A DNA stretch of 64,000 nucleotides, from positions 96,001-160,000 of the IMG/VR virus record IMGVR_UViG_3300020056_002227, one strand, 5' to 3'. Both the position numbers and the translations under genes were made by a program. This stretch comes from a virus. Shown here piece by piece: positions 39,001 through 47,570 of this stretch. The notes beneath the pieces are model-generated. The model did no database searches. It worked only from the letters and a program-made list of their open reading frames with translations, and was not told where the DNA came from. Within the stretch, counting starts at the first letter, position 1. Every line of letters begins with the position of its first letter.

Positions 39001-42000
39001 GTAGCTGGTGGTAGCATTTATACGAACACTACTTGGCAGACACAAAGAGCTCATACAACTCTTCCAACCAGCCACACACCATACAATGGATCAGACGGTG
39101 GTGGTGTACACTGGGTAAGAATTCGAATTCTAATCAACTACAATTCCGGTGGTGCTCTTAGACAGATCGGTGGCATTATGCTTAAACGGCGTAATGTTGA
39201 GTCTAATTTACTCGTCGATAACATCGTAGCAAATGACATTCTTGCAGATGATATTACTGCCGATAATGTTGATGCATATCGATTCAGAGATCGTGATGCG
39301 ACTGGATATTATGTTGAACCTGCTAACATAACCCAATCTGCTCGTTTCAGAGGTCAAACCTACTACGGGCCGAATGCTACTTGGGGCGCTTACTTAACGG
39401 TTGGTGGCGACGGCCGAAACGGCTATATCAATAGTGGTACTGCTTCTGTTGCTACTACAAACGGTAATTTACACCTTGATTCTGGATCCGGTTACAATAC
39501 CTACATTAATTACTATGACGGAAGTAATATTTACTTTGGTACTGGAGGCAACGCAACACATTCAGTATGGGAAAGTAACGGTGATCTTAGAATTGGTGGT
39601 TCCGGTTCCACGGCCGCTTCAGGATTTAAGCTTCATGTAGATGGAAACACTTATGTAAATGGTAATGTAAGAGCTAATAGATTCGAAGACACTTCGTCTC
39701 CTAGTAGTCGGTACGTTGACCCTGCTAGCACTTCACAAATCAATCGACTTAATGTTAATGAAATTAAGTCTTTCCCGAGTCCACAATACGGACAACTTTT
39801 CTTTGATCACAGCGGCATCGCATACCCCAGTGGAAGAAGTCAGGTAGTTGGTACAGGTCTAGGAATTTACTCTTCTTATAGTGGAGGTTCCGGCAATCCA
39901 TTTACTTACGACATTACAGCGTCTTTCAATAATAATGGAAAGGCATTTGAAATTGCAGCCGACTGGATTAATACGAACAGAACACCTCTATTAGTAAGAT
40001 CTCTTAGAGATTGCTGTCAGAACTGGACACCTTGGACACAGATTGCTACATCAGGTGTAGAATTCCTTACTGGTGCTGGAATCAAGGCTCCATGGTTTGC
40101 AGATAGCGATAATGATTTCTATAGAATGGATCCAGCCAGTACCTCGCAAATTAATGCCATGAATATGCGTGGCACATTGAATATGGAGTTCGGCGCACAG
40201 ATCAACTTACGTGCACCAGGTACGAACAACCTTCGTGGTTATATTCAGGTACGAGACTCGAACGACGGCCACTTAAGAATTGCTACCTCGGGTGGTGAAG
40301 ATATTCGCTTCATGGATGGCGGCCTCGATGGTCAATGGAATATGATTATCAGAGGCGATGGTAATACTCTGATTAATAACTACATTGACGCTACAAGATT
40401 CAGAGATCGTAATGATCCATCCAATTACTATGGTGACTTTGCTTCTACATCGATAATGAATCAGGTCGACGTAAATCGAATTAGAAGTAGAAATTCAACC
40501 GGTTACTTCTGGGATGGAAATGAAGACCTTGCGATGTATGTCTATGGTGAGATTTCTAACTCTAACTATGCAACCGGTAATTTACAGCCAGGTGCTCTGA
40601 ATATTGGTCGAACAGATCGTAACTATAGATTTACTGGAGACGGTGGAAGTTGGGCAGGTGATATTCGTGCTGGAATCTTGGCCAACTGTTCTGAATACTG
40701 GGAATTTGCACTTCATGACTCAGGTCGATCTGTTGAATCCCTTTTGTATTATGATACGGCAAACATTCACATTGGTCGAAATATTGGCTGGGGTACTTCT
40801 CGTGTAATTCATCCGGGTGGTACGGCATCTACTATCTATACGGATTGGACTAACACTGGTTATTACTTGAACCCTGAAGGTCTCAATGATTCGAATATTA
40901 ATGGTGTGAATAACCGTACATCGGCTATGATGGGCATGCCTGGGCATACAAGAAATTCAGGTTATTATTACAGAGCAAGACCGAGACAAACTAGTAATAC
41001 CGACTATTGGACAGGTGCCTTTGGTTGGGGTCGTATCGACATGAACCAGGTTGCAACATGGGGTTCTGGCTTTATTGATTCTTGGAGTAATCCACCTAAC
41101 CAACCTTCGGGTACATCTCACTGGGTTGGTGCTCAGGCCTTCCACTATAGAAATAGTAATACATCTGGTTATGGCTGGCAGATGGTTGGTGGTCCCATTG
41201 AAGGATTGAGATTCCGTTCCTCTTGGCCAAGCTGGAGATCGTGGAGAAATATTGTAGTAGGTGGTGTCAACGATGGCTCTGCTGCCGGCACGATTTACGC
41301 ACCTAGATTTACTAATACAACTAATACCGGCTATTATGGTGACTTCGACACAACGTCAAGAATGAATGTTATTGACATTAACGAAGGGTATAACTACGGC
41401 TGGTGGAGAAATAGAACCTCAGGTCGCGGCTTATATAGCCAGGCAAATGGCAGACACTTCTATAGCCCGGGCAACGTGTATTGGCATATCGATGGTAGAA
41501 GTGATGTTGGTGGCCTTATTTTCTACGATCGTTATAATAGTTCACAGGGCAGTGGTACAGGTCGTCGTGGTTACGTATACTACGATGGTTCCGGCTTCGG
41601 TCTTTTACACAGCGGTGGAGGCTGGGCAGTTCGAACAGTTTCTGGTACTACAGAACTTTATGGTAATGCCTATGCTGGAACATTCCGAGCAAATATCATC
41701 TATGATCGTGACAACGGTGATGGTTGGTATTGGAATGGTGGCGGTACTTCTAGGTCTAATGTAACAATTACCAATACGAGCTATTTTAGTTCAAATACGA
41801 ATAGAGGTTATGCGGAAGGTTACGGTACCAGAGGTTCCGCACTGCGCAGAATATCCTATATTTCGATGAACAACGGAAGCAGTGCTTGGAATAGCTATAA
41901 CTATCACGGTATTGCATCTACTAACTCATCTAATAACTTTGCTGATAGTATATCGATTAACTCTTACAATGATATTACTATGCGGCTTGATTCGAATAGC

Positions 42001-43140
42001 AATAATACAAACAGCTATCTACGAATCATGGATAATACTGTCGGCAGTGCTACCAATGTAGCATATATGGGTAGAGAAAATGGTAATGCGATCGCTTACT
42101 TCTATAACAGAGTATATGGTCGGATTTACTACGATATTGATGGTGGCTCGAGTTACTATGGTGATTTTGCAGGTACGACTCGAGTAAATCAGCTTACTCC
42201 AAACAGAATTAACTCACCATACGCTGGTGGAAACTCTGGTATTACAAGAGCTAGTTCACCATACTCATTCGGCTTCCAAGAATCGGGTGGTTGGGGTAGC
42301 CCATTTCCTGACTTAGTACTCCAGTATCACACTGGTATATCTATGGCAGCTAACCCAAGCTACCAAGGTATTAGATTCTTTAATGACTATAACAGTAGTG
42401 CTCTAAGATTCCAGATTAATGGTGGCTCTAGTTATACTTACAAATATACATGGATGTACACAAACCGAGATAGTGGTATGTACACCAGCGACTCTGACGG
42501 TAATGGTGCTCACATCTATCCTAACCGACAGACATCTTATGGTTCTTGGAACTTCTTAGGAAGCAGAAGTGGTTGGAGAGGTCTTGCATTCTCTGATTCA
42601 ACATATAGACCTCACATAATGTTTGATGGTAGTTCGAGTGGTGGTTACTATATTCAGGATCTAGGACGTTGGGTATACTATCATAACCGCGCTAGGAACT
42701 GTACAGGCTTTGCTTCATCTTCAACAGTTTCCGGGTATCGTGTACGTATTAATGGTTCACTCTATTGTAACGGTAACGTTGTTGCTTACTCAGACAGACG
42801 TAAGAAAAAGAATATTGTTACTATTGATAATGCTCTTGATAAAGTATTACAATTACGTGGTGTATACTACGAAAGAATTGAAGATTTAGTTGATGACCGC
42901 GATGACCTCTATAAGGGCCGTCAGTTAGGTATGATTGCTCAAGAAGTAGAAGAAATTGTACCTGAGGTTGTATCATACGCAGAAGAAATTGATGAGTATG
43001 CACTTGACTATCCTAAGATGGTCGGTCTACTTGTCGAAGCTCATAAGGATCAACAAGAGATTATAAATAGCCAACAAGAAAAGATTGACAAACTCGAAGA
43101 AATGGTATATAATATGATGCAAAAAATGGAGAACCTATAA
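33097..43140 (+). CDS. giant long tail fibre (about 3350 aa) with about 20 PxF(Y)DxxNxxYYxDPxxTS repeats and a C-terminal S74 chaperone
   Basis: ATG 33097 is preferred over GTG 33088 because the GGGGAG RBS ends at 33086. The protein starts MANDKKFIAKNGL and ends SDRRKKKNI...LGMIAQEVEEIVPEVV...YPKMVGLLVEAHK. Confidence 0.85.
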   Translation: MANDKKFIAKNGLLTPQKAIIGSTTDNGVDELQVTGTSNLAGAVTIENATASTISLEVENTGAGGFTPTANIAKFTGDIDSLSIQNVIGGSYRITNPGNNNRIIFYNNTSGIDIQYAGSSRLAITSTGNDFSGLNTTTIDGNRIITVLDQASQGGSFDAATLDQLDSTQFVRSDESDTMNGSYIITGDLTVSGNTTFINTEQLLVADNIFTLNSDFTTGNPTEDAGMEIRRGGQANSSFVWDETNDYFKLISAGTDLGRIITTADEGPGNGFDADTVDGLHGYQFLRSDVDDTANGNITILGGLTVGDGNGPARIDMNGSGQARTIYTNNGEIGFLNSGYNWAVKSDANGDLEVERDVEAGRDVLADGDVTAQNNITATTGNITATAGSISAATTVTAGTDVIGQRFVDADDNAYYADPASNSIFSGLGLDDNLFHNGDTDTRLRFETDHIKLETGGNVRFDVNNSRVLASLDTYVPNLVVNDAIIHNNDTDTRILFTTDVVQIDTGGSTRLQVDNAGVDIFGNLDVTNTATANTVIGLTSMRSPIYYDTDNDSYFGNFAGTSVMNDISIDDYISHNGDADTYFGFVGPDQIRFATGNAQRLYISNSQIESSVYFYAPRFVDLDNNSYYVDPNSTSILSTVNVDDWLQHIGNEDTRIGFPATDTINIQTDGFTRFIANNSQVTVTTDLKVDGNIISGGDGIFDGDVYASKFIDSDDNNYYADPNATSVMKTVGIDDYIVHNGDSDTKIGFLMNDTLQMDAGGTTIFIAQSTAAEYYVDLYGEDAYFRTFYDNDNSAYFLNPAETGVSLNVAGLVRTGNGSAAGPAYSFGSDTNTGMYRKGADQIGFSAGGNEELVVYNNRVEAPGEVRSPIFYDLATPAYYGDFASTSQMNRIDIDDYIRHRGDTNTYMGFDAADSWGVWAGGTKRLGIDTDSADFTVDVYAPKFIDSDNNSYYLDPADTSTSATLNGKVLIGNVSDAARWDDNTGNGGISLMNHGSYASGQNTTVGISGNYAGGYSLMYLNRIDPNTNPFNAGNRYIHFYHDGNQGTNLSGDSSGNLYWLMLAGTSQSYWTQAGSTIFTINDNGNLVVGGSSPTYTDGGDNTPLTAAINPAKLHVNGSIYLNGANDGIIFGRGTASFLRDEELGFGWGGGWYMTDATYLRVRNNKAVYSGGDAYFNRYYDTNATSRWIEPGGGGILAGNFEFAATDTGTSYSTAAIELRESNYTGNGTATPPRISWHWGGVVASQMAIESSGRIVVRNNPGNGYEAFGAGNIYGTKFWDIDNNNFSFEPNVSNAWRLQTPTGYLDFGSMNASYLHFQTDRPAFYFNQPVSFDGNIAGYGGNETASFARYYDSNDTDYWVDPHTFSRMNGINFGIPGNGTNTKGRYLSIEGNTDGSGEGSSRIFFAEHNSTTGSMSAYGMSLGYRGGATSIVGGDGNTWTGLSQINNGEWGLWGHNGSAIGSWAMKGPRDGTYVVASGSFRAPIFYDWTSSSWYVNPDGDSRLNTITLDGNAVQLREPTGNYGSFMVDGGARGGYEGFSIGGRVVFMHNNASASGIYDDVNNQWMARFNLGSNVDLRYAGVVQAETANGYFLANNEIRSPIFRDTTSPTTWFVDPSGTSRVNTLRTNRIYPAYDNDTSIYIDYVGGDYGSLQINGGGKNGWRGLSLLGQFVWMTPGDGARNGIYNDIDNQWQQQWYRGAGSILYYAGGSQFSIENGYALATNQMRAPIYYPPSTTSYYLDLDRGNTNQALRVGGIIERVGFQTSGDGNNNIFNRAQDYSHWIWQTATDWGIFWAGNNNPYRSYFSTSNPNEIVFIGNGNLRASIDLDDGRAHFTGNVSAPDFLLNGGNEDISLNPAYGSGGADLVLFDMTPYFEARVTRVLRGAENNLTGTTSEYVKGDGPFAGSYVLQTSNYRTFYSDYIPVVPGEDLYGEISHRVVSGSGGRLYYGIERFDKDKRPIAGNTGTTYFVAGGSIYTNTTWQTQRAHTTLPTSHTPYNGSDGGGVHWVRIRILINYNSGGALRQIGGIMLKRRNVESNLLVDNIVANDILADDITADNVDAYRFRDRDATGYYVEPANITQSARFRGQTYYGPNATWGAYLTVGGDGRNGYINSGTASVATTNGNLHLDSGSGYNTYINYYDGSNIYFGTGGNATHSVWESNGDLRIGGSGSTAASGFKLHVDGNTYVNGNVRANRFEDTSSPSSRYVDPASTSQINRLNVNEIKSFPSPQYGQLFFDHSGIAYPSGRSQVVGTGLGIYSSYSGGSGNPFTYDITASFNNNGKAFEIAADWINTNRTPLLVRSLRDCCQNWTPWTQIATSGVEFLTGAGIKAPWFADSDNDFYRMDPASTSQINAMNMRGTLNMEFGAQINLRAPGTNNLRGYIQVRDSNDGHLRIATSGGEDIRFMDGGLDGQWNMIIRGDGNTLINNYIDATRFRDRNDPSNYYGDFASTSIMNQVDVNRIRSRNSTGYFWDGNEDLAMYVYGEISNSNYATGNLQPGALNIGRTDRNYRFTGDGGSWAGDIRAGILANCSEYWEFALHDSGRSVESLLYYDTANIHIGRNIGWGTSRVIHPGGTASTIYTDWTNTGYYLNPEGLNDSNINGVNNRTSAMMGMPGHTRNSGYYYRARPRQTSNTDYWTGAFGWGRIDMNQVATWGSGFIDSWSNPPNQPSGTSHWVGAQAFHYRNSNTSGYGWQMVGGPIEGLRFRSSWPSWRSWRNIVVGGVNDGSAAGTIYAPRFTNTTNTGYYGDFDTTSRMNVIDINEGYNYGWWRNRTSGRGLYSQANGRHFYSPGNVYWHIDGRSDVGGLIFYDRYNSSQGSGTGRRGYVYYDGSGFGLLHSGGGWAVRTVSGTTELYGNAYAGTFRANIIYDRDNGDGWYWNGGGTSRSNVTITNTSYFSSNTNRGYAEGYGTRGSALRRISYISMNNGSSAWNSYNYHGIASTNSSNNFADSISINSYNDITMRLDSNSNNTNSYLRIMDNTVGSATNVAYMGRENGNAIAYFYNRVYGRIYYDIDGGSSYYGDFAGTTRVNQLTPNRINSPYAGGNSGITRASSPYSFGFQESGGWGSPFPDLVLQYHTGISMAANPSYQGIRFFNDYNSSALRFQINGGSSYTYKYTWMYTNRDSGMYTSDSDGNGAHIYPNRQTSYGSWNFLGSRSGWRGLAFSDSTYRPHIMFDGSSSGGYYIQDLGRWVYYHNRARNCTGFASSSTVSGYRVRINGSLYCNGNVVAYSDRRKKKNIVTIDNALDKVLQLRGVYYERIEDLVDDRDDLYKGRQLGMIAQEVEEIVPEVVSYAEEIDEYALDYPKMVGLLVEAHKDQQEIINSQQEKIDKLEEMVYNMMQKMENL
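43062..43069 (+). promoter_or_regulatory. T4-type late promoter TATAAATA inside the 3' end of the giant fibre gene
   Basis: Exact consensus about 70 nt upstream of ATG 43140. Confidence 0.55.
43085..43113 (+). promoter_or_regulatory. consensus sigma70 promoter TTGACA-N17-TATAAT inside coding sequence
   Basis: TTGACA 43085-43090, a 17-nt spacer and TATAAT 43108-43113, 26 nt before ATG 43140. Confidence 0.7.
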
Positions 43141-43571
43141 TGGCTTTAATTCAATCATATGAAATTCCCGGCACAGGTCTTAGTGCACCCAATGCGTATT
43201 TTGTGGTAACCGATGTTAAGGTTCAAAAGAGAATGCAAGACATATTACCACCACCGGATGAGTCTGACCCCACCGGCCTTACCAATGGGGGTATACAAGA
43301 AGGCCCGGAGGTTTATTGGAAGTCAGGATATGTGGCAACTATATCAGTTACAATCTGGACTGATAAGACTGCTAGAGAGGAAGGAAAGAAACCTGTCGGT
43401 TTTGCAGGAGTAAACCCTACTGATATGGAAGCAGATCTGCACATCGGAACGGAAGGATTAGACCACAGATGTGTCTTTATGCTAGATATGGATTCACCCG
43501 ATAGCCATGTTGTTCAGGCATATTCTCATTTGAAGTCTCTTGACTATTTTGCCGGGGCAACCGAAGACTAA
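43140..43571 (+). CDS. small fibre-associated hypothetical protein
   Basis: 143 aa; its start overlaps the fibre stop (TAATG). The PNAYFVV...QAYSHLKSLDYFAGATED pattern is typical of proteins following phage fibres. Confidence 0.65.
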   Translation: MALIQSYEIPGTGLSAPNAYFVVTDVKVQKRMQDILPPPDESDPTGLTNGGIQEGPEVYWKSGYVATISVTIWTDKTAREEGKKPVGFAGVNPTDMEADLHIGTEGLDHRCVFMLDMDSPDSHVVQAYSHLKSLDYFAGATED

Positions 43572-43577
43572 TAAATA
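43570..43577 (+). promoter_or_regulatory. candidate late promoter AATAAATA
   Basis: Upstream of the GGAG RBS and ATG 43612. Confidence 0.5.
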
Positions 43578-43611
43578 GATTTCATAAATTAATTTTTACG
43601 GAGAACAAATA

Positions 43612-44037
43612 ATGGCATTAACCTATACATATAAGGTAACTGGTCTTAAGACGCGCGATCAGGTAAACAGTGATGGAATAACTCTTGCTGATGCAGTTGT
43701 CCAAACCTATTGGGAAATGGAAGGCACAGATGAAAATGGCGACACGGCCATCCATTCTGGTGCAACTCCTTTCACTGCTGAGAATGTGGTTGCAGGATCT
43801 TTCGTATCTTTCTCTGAATTGACGGAAGAAACTGTGCTTCAATGGATTAAAGATTACATTGCTAGTGAACCAACTTATTCAGCACATATCGAAGAGCAGA
43901 TGCGCAAAGAAATCGATCGCAGAGCAATCAAGGACGCTACTTTACCCTGGGCACCTGAAGCGAATACAACACCAACACCAGGTGCAGAAGCAGATCCGGT
44001 GGAAGATGACAGCCCTTCAGAGCCCGCACCTGAGTAA
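43612..44037 (+). CDS. small fibre-associated protein (paralogue of 44052-44381)
   Basis: MALTYTYKV...DAVVQTYW..GTDENG...FVSFSELTEETVLQWI...LPW. Confidence 0.7.
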   Translation: MALTYTYKVTGLKTRDQVNSDGITLADAVVQTYWEMEGTDENGDTAIHSGATPFTAENVVAGSFVSFSELTEETVLQWIKDYIASEPTYSAHIEEQMRKEIDRRAIKDATLPWAPEANTTPTPGAEADPVEDDSPSEPAPE

Positions 44038-44051
44038 TACGGAGTAAACTC

Positions 44052-44381
44052 ATGACCTATTCGTGGGAGATCCTCGAGCTCTATACTGAAGACGTAACCA
44101 ACTCGGAAGATGTTGTATTGCAAGACGCCGTCTGTCAGATTGTTTGGAGAAAAACTCTAACAACCGAAGACGGCGATAAGTCCTCATATCTGAGTACAAC
44201 AAGTGTAAGTGCGGCAGAAACTTTGCAGGCAGATTTTGTTGAATATGCTTCACTGACACCCGGGATGCTAATAGAGTGGGCTCAGTCTTGGCATACAGAG
44301 TCGGATACTGACATGATAAATAAAATCTTGATTAAGAGATTGAATAACACAAGGGAAGAAAAAGCCATACCTTGGTTATAA
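44052..44381 (+). CDS. small fibre-associated protein (paralogue of 43612-44037)
   Basis: MTYSWEI...DAVCQIVW...TEDG...FVEYASLTPGMLIEWA...IPW, with a GGAG RBS. Confidence 0.7.
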   Translation: MTYSWEILELYTEDVTNSEDVVLQDAVCQIVWRKTLTTEDGDKSSYLSTTSVSAAETLQADFVEYASLTPGMLIEWAQSWHTESDTDMINKILIKRLNNTREEKAIPWL

Positions 44382-44384
44382 CGG

Positions 44385-44413
44385 TTGACTTTCACGGTTG
44401 GCCGTGATATAAT
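44385..44413 (+). promoter_or_regulatory. sigma70-type promoter TTGACT-N17-TATAAT with extended -10 and an inverted repeat in the spacer
   Basis: TTGACT 44385-44390, TG 44405-44406 and TATAAT 44408-44413; TCACGG-ttgg-CCGTGA at 44392-44407; a GGAG RBS precedes ATG 44440. Confidence 0.75.
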
Positions 44414-44439
44414 ATAATATATTTTATTATGGAGTTGCT

Positions 44440-45471
44440 ATGTATGACTTGCGAAAGCATGGATTAGTTTATTACGCCCTTCAAAGGGGTGCATCAATTC
44501 ATCCAATTATCCTACCTAAAGAACTAACTGGTGAATCGGGAATTATGAATCCGTCTATTTTCAATAGAAACGGAAAAATTCTCATGAACATTCGCCATGT
44601 AAATTATACACTTCACCACAGTGAAGGCCACAAATTTCCTCACGTTTGGGGCCCACTGCAATATATCCATCCAGAAAATGATATCAGTCTAGGTACAAAT
44701 AATATCATTTGTGAACTAGACGAAGACCTCAATCTAATGGAGGTCTGTAAATTAAAAATGAATTACGATACCAAACCTACTTGGAATTTTATAGGCTTGG
44801 AAGATGCTCGTCTTTTTGAATGGGAAGATAGATTGTTCCTATGCGGTGTTCGTCGAGACTGCTATGACGATAAGGGCACTGGAAGAATGGAATTGTGTGA
44901 GATTGATTTTGTCGATGGTATATGGCAAGAGTTGGGCCGATATCCAATTCCTGCTCCACCACCCGATCTTTCATATTGTGAAAAGAATTGGATGCCAGTA
45001 CTAGACAAACCTTGGCATTTCGTCAAGTGGACCAACCCCACAGAGGTTGTTGAATATGATATTAATAACCGTGAGACCAAGCAGGTTGTACATGATCCAA
45101 ACAAAAGATATCCTATTTGGCGTGATGTGAGGGGTGGAACACAGGTGGTTCAAATTGCCCCAGATAAGAGAATGGCAATCACACACGAGGTAGATTTGAC
45201 CAAAGATGTTCATGGTAGAAAAGACGGTCATTACATGCATAGGTGTATCGTATGGGATGATGATTGGAATGTGATTCACCACACCGATAGTTTTACATTT
45301 CATGGTACTCAAAAAGATCATTCGAGAGGCTTGGAATACTGTATTGAATTTGCCACAGGGTTGTGTTTCCATGGTGATCATGCTCTGATTTCCTATGGCT
45401 TTCAAGATAATGGGGTTTACATTTTAAAAATGAATGTCCAAGACTTTTTTGATTTTTTGGTGAAGGGATAA
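44440..45471 (+). CDS. five-bladed beta-propeller glycoside hydrolase/transferase-like protein (GH130/GH43-like fold)
   Basis: NPSIF, GLEDARLF, EKNWMP, RGG and IEF motifs. Confidence 0.65.
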   Translation: MYDLRKHGLVYYALQRGASIHPIILPKELTGESGIMNPSIFNRNGKILMNIRHVNYTLHHSEGHKFPHVWGPLQYIHPENDISLGTNNIICELDEDLNLMEVCKLKMNYDTKPTWNFIGLEDARLFEWEDRLFLCGVRRDCYDDKGTGRMELCEIDFVDGIWQELGRYPIPAPPPDLSYCEKNWMPVLDKPWHFVKWTNPTEVVEYDINNRETKQVVHDPNKRYPIWRDVRGGTQVVQIAPDKRMAITHEVDLTKDVHGRKDGHYMHRCIVWDDDWNVIHHTDSFTFHGTQKDHSRGLEYCIEFATGLCFHGDHALISYGFQDNGVYILKMNVQDFFDFLVKG

Positions 45472-45475
45472 TAAT

Positions 45476-46780
45476 ATGAGTGAACAACGTCTTCGTGATT
45501 TGGTAACAGAATTAGGATTCGATCCCAAAAACACCACAAAAATGTATCATCTTGCCAGGGAATATGATCGGCTAGAACAAGGAGCAATGGCAATTTCTCT
45601 TTATCTAAGAGCAGCAGATATTGAAGAAAATAATGTAGATTTACAGTATCGTTGTATGGTCTATATGTCCGAATGTTATCATAGACAAGGAGATCGAAAA
45701 AACAGTGTTTTGGCATCACTGCAACACGCAGTCATGTTAGATCCATCCCGGCCAGAAGCATATTGGTTGATGTGTAAGATATATGAAGAATTTGGTGATT
45801 GGAGAAATATGGGTATCTTTGCTGAGATAGGCCTCAAGGTTTCAACACCATCGGATGATCCTATCACGGATATAGGCTATCCTGGTAGATGGGTGTTCTA
45901 TTACTATAAGGCCTACTCTGATTGGAAATGGAAGGGTGGTCAACCTGCCAAGGAAATGCTATTTAATTTTAGATATCGCATGAAAAAAGGACCCTTCTAC
46001 GCTCATAAGGCACTTGAATTACAAATGCGCGAAATAGGTGTTCCCGAATTCTTGTATTATAAGAAACAAGATTTTAAAAGAGCTCGATTTAAATTTCCTG
46101 GCTTAGAAAATGTAGAAAGAAACTATTCTTCCTCTTTACAAGATCTATTCGTATTAACAGTATTAAATGGTAAGAAAAATGGATCTTATGTAGAGCTGGG
46201 TAGTGGTCACCCTCATGTAGGTAATAATACTGCTTTGCTAGAAGAAAAATTTGGGTGGCGAGGTATCTCCCTTGACAATAATCAGACTTTTGCTAGGGAA
46301 TTCAGTGAAGAGAGAAAAAACTCTGTTTTATGTGCTGACAGTACCGGAATAGATTATTCAGTTTTATTCAAACAGTTTTGTTTAGATGACCAAATTGATT
46401 ATCTTCAGATTGATGTTGATGACGCAACATACGACACCCTTCTTAAAATACCATTTGATCAATACAAATTTGGTGTGATTACCATTGAGCATGACCATTA
46501 TAGGTGGATAAAATTAGACCCAGAGGTAAGAAAAACAAGGCCAGATATAAGAGAGTTCAGTCGTAAATACCTGTCTGAAAAAGGCTATGTTCTACTTGTA
46601 CCTGATGCTGGACTTGGACCTAGAAGCCCCTATGAAGACTGGTGGATACACCCGAGTCTAGTTGAATCTTGTGAACATCTCAAACCTCAAGACCCTGGTA
46701 AGAGTGTTAATTTTGTTTGGGAGTACTTGATGCATCACGATGAAGAATATCTTGACGACATTGAGGAGTTTCTGAATTGA
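45476..46780 (+). CDS. TPR-repeat protein fused to an FkbM-like SAM methyltransferase
   Basis: The N-half has TPR-like helices (YHLAREY, DPSRPEAYW). The C-half has QDLFVL..KKNGSYVELGSG..NNTALLE..GWRGISLD, IDYLQIDVD and VITIEH. Confidence 0.7.
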   Translation: MSEQRLRDLVTELGFDPKNTTKMYHLAREYDRLEQGAMAISLYLRAADIEENNVDLQYRCMVYMSECYHRQGDRKNSVLASLQHAVMLDPSRPEAYWLMCKIYEEFGDWRNMGIFAEIGLKVSTPSDDPITDIGYPGRWVFYYYKAYSDWKWKGGQPAKEMLFNFRYRMKKGPFYAHKALELQMREIGVPEFLYYKKQDFKRARFKFPGLENVERNYSSSLQDLFVLTVLNGKKNGSYVELGSGHPHVGNNTALLEEKFGWRGISLDNNQTFAREFSEERKNSVLCADSTGIDYSVLFKQFCLDDQIDYLQIDVDDATYDTLLKIPFDQYKFGVITIEHDHYRWIKLDPEVRKTRPDIREFSRKYLSEKGYVLLVPDAGLGPRSPYEDWWIHPSLVESCEHLKPQDPGKSVNFVWEYLMHHDEEYLDDIEEFLN

Positions 46781-47559
46781 AAAGAATTCAGAAAGTGGTA
46801 ATAGCAACTGGTGGTTTCGATCCAATTCACAGTGGTCATATACGATATTTAAATAATGCAAGACTTTTGGGTGATGTGCTAATAGTAGGTTTGAATTCGG
46901 ATTCTTGGTTACAAAGAAAGAAGGGAAAGGAATTCATGCCGATCGAAGAGAGATCAGCAATAGTCAGTAATTTAAAATGTGTAGACGATGTAATCACTTT
47001 TGATGATTCTGATAATAGCGCAAAAGATGCAATTACTCAAGTAAGAAACCGATACCCTAAAGCTCACCTAATCTTTGCTAACGGGGGAGACCGTACCTCA
47101 ACTAATATACCAGAGAAGTCATTAAATATTTCTGGTTCAATCGAATTTTATTTTGGTGTCGGTGGTAATGATAAGGCAAATAGTTCAAGCTGGATTTTAT
47201 CGAGTTGGGGTGATTGGAAAGACGAGAAGTGGCCACGAGCATGGGGACATTACAGAGTTCTCTATGAGGTGGACAGTAAAACAAAGGTCAAGGAACTAAC
47301 TGTCTACCCTGGCCGAAAATTAAGCCTTCAGAAACATTTTCATCGTCATGAATATTGGATGTGTATAGAAGGTTCAGCAACCGTATATACAGGCTATGAA
47401 CCATCGAATTTAAAAATGAAACAACTTGACGCTCACGAAGAAATCACTATACCCCTTGGTTATTGGCATAGACTTGAAAACAACACAGACGAAAACGTAA
47501 AGATAATAGAGATACAATACGGCACAGAATGTGTTGAGAGTGATATTACTCGATTATAA
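46777..47559 (+). CDS. cytidylyltransferase-like domain fused to a mannose-6-phosphate isomerase type II-like cupin
   Basis: TGGFDPIHSGH (HxGH), VGLNSD and FANGGDR, followed by RAWGHYRVL, LSLQKHFHRHEYW and IIEIQYG. The TTG start overlaps the previous stop and has a GAGGAG RBS. Confidence 0.85.
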   Translation: MKRIQKVVIATGGFDPIHSGHIRYLNNARLLGDVLIVGLNSDSWLQRKKGKEFMPIEERSAIVSNLKCVDDVITFDDSDNSAKDAITQVRNRYPKAHLIFANGGDRTSTNIPEKSLNISGSIEFYFGVGGNDKANSSSWILSSWGDWKDEKWPRAWGHYRVLYEVDSKTKVKELTVYPGRKLSLQKHFHRHEYWMCIEGSATVYTGYEPSNLKMKQLDAHEEITIPLGYWHRLENNTDENVKIIEIQYGTECVESDITRL

Positions 47560-47562
47560 ATA
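47555..47562 (+). promoter_or_regulatory. T4-type late promoter TATAAATA
   Basis: Exact consensus overlapping the stop of the preceding gene, upstream of 47594. Confidence 0.7.
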
Positions 47563-47570
47563 AAAGAAAA

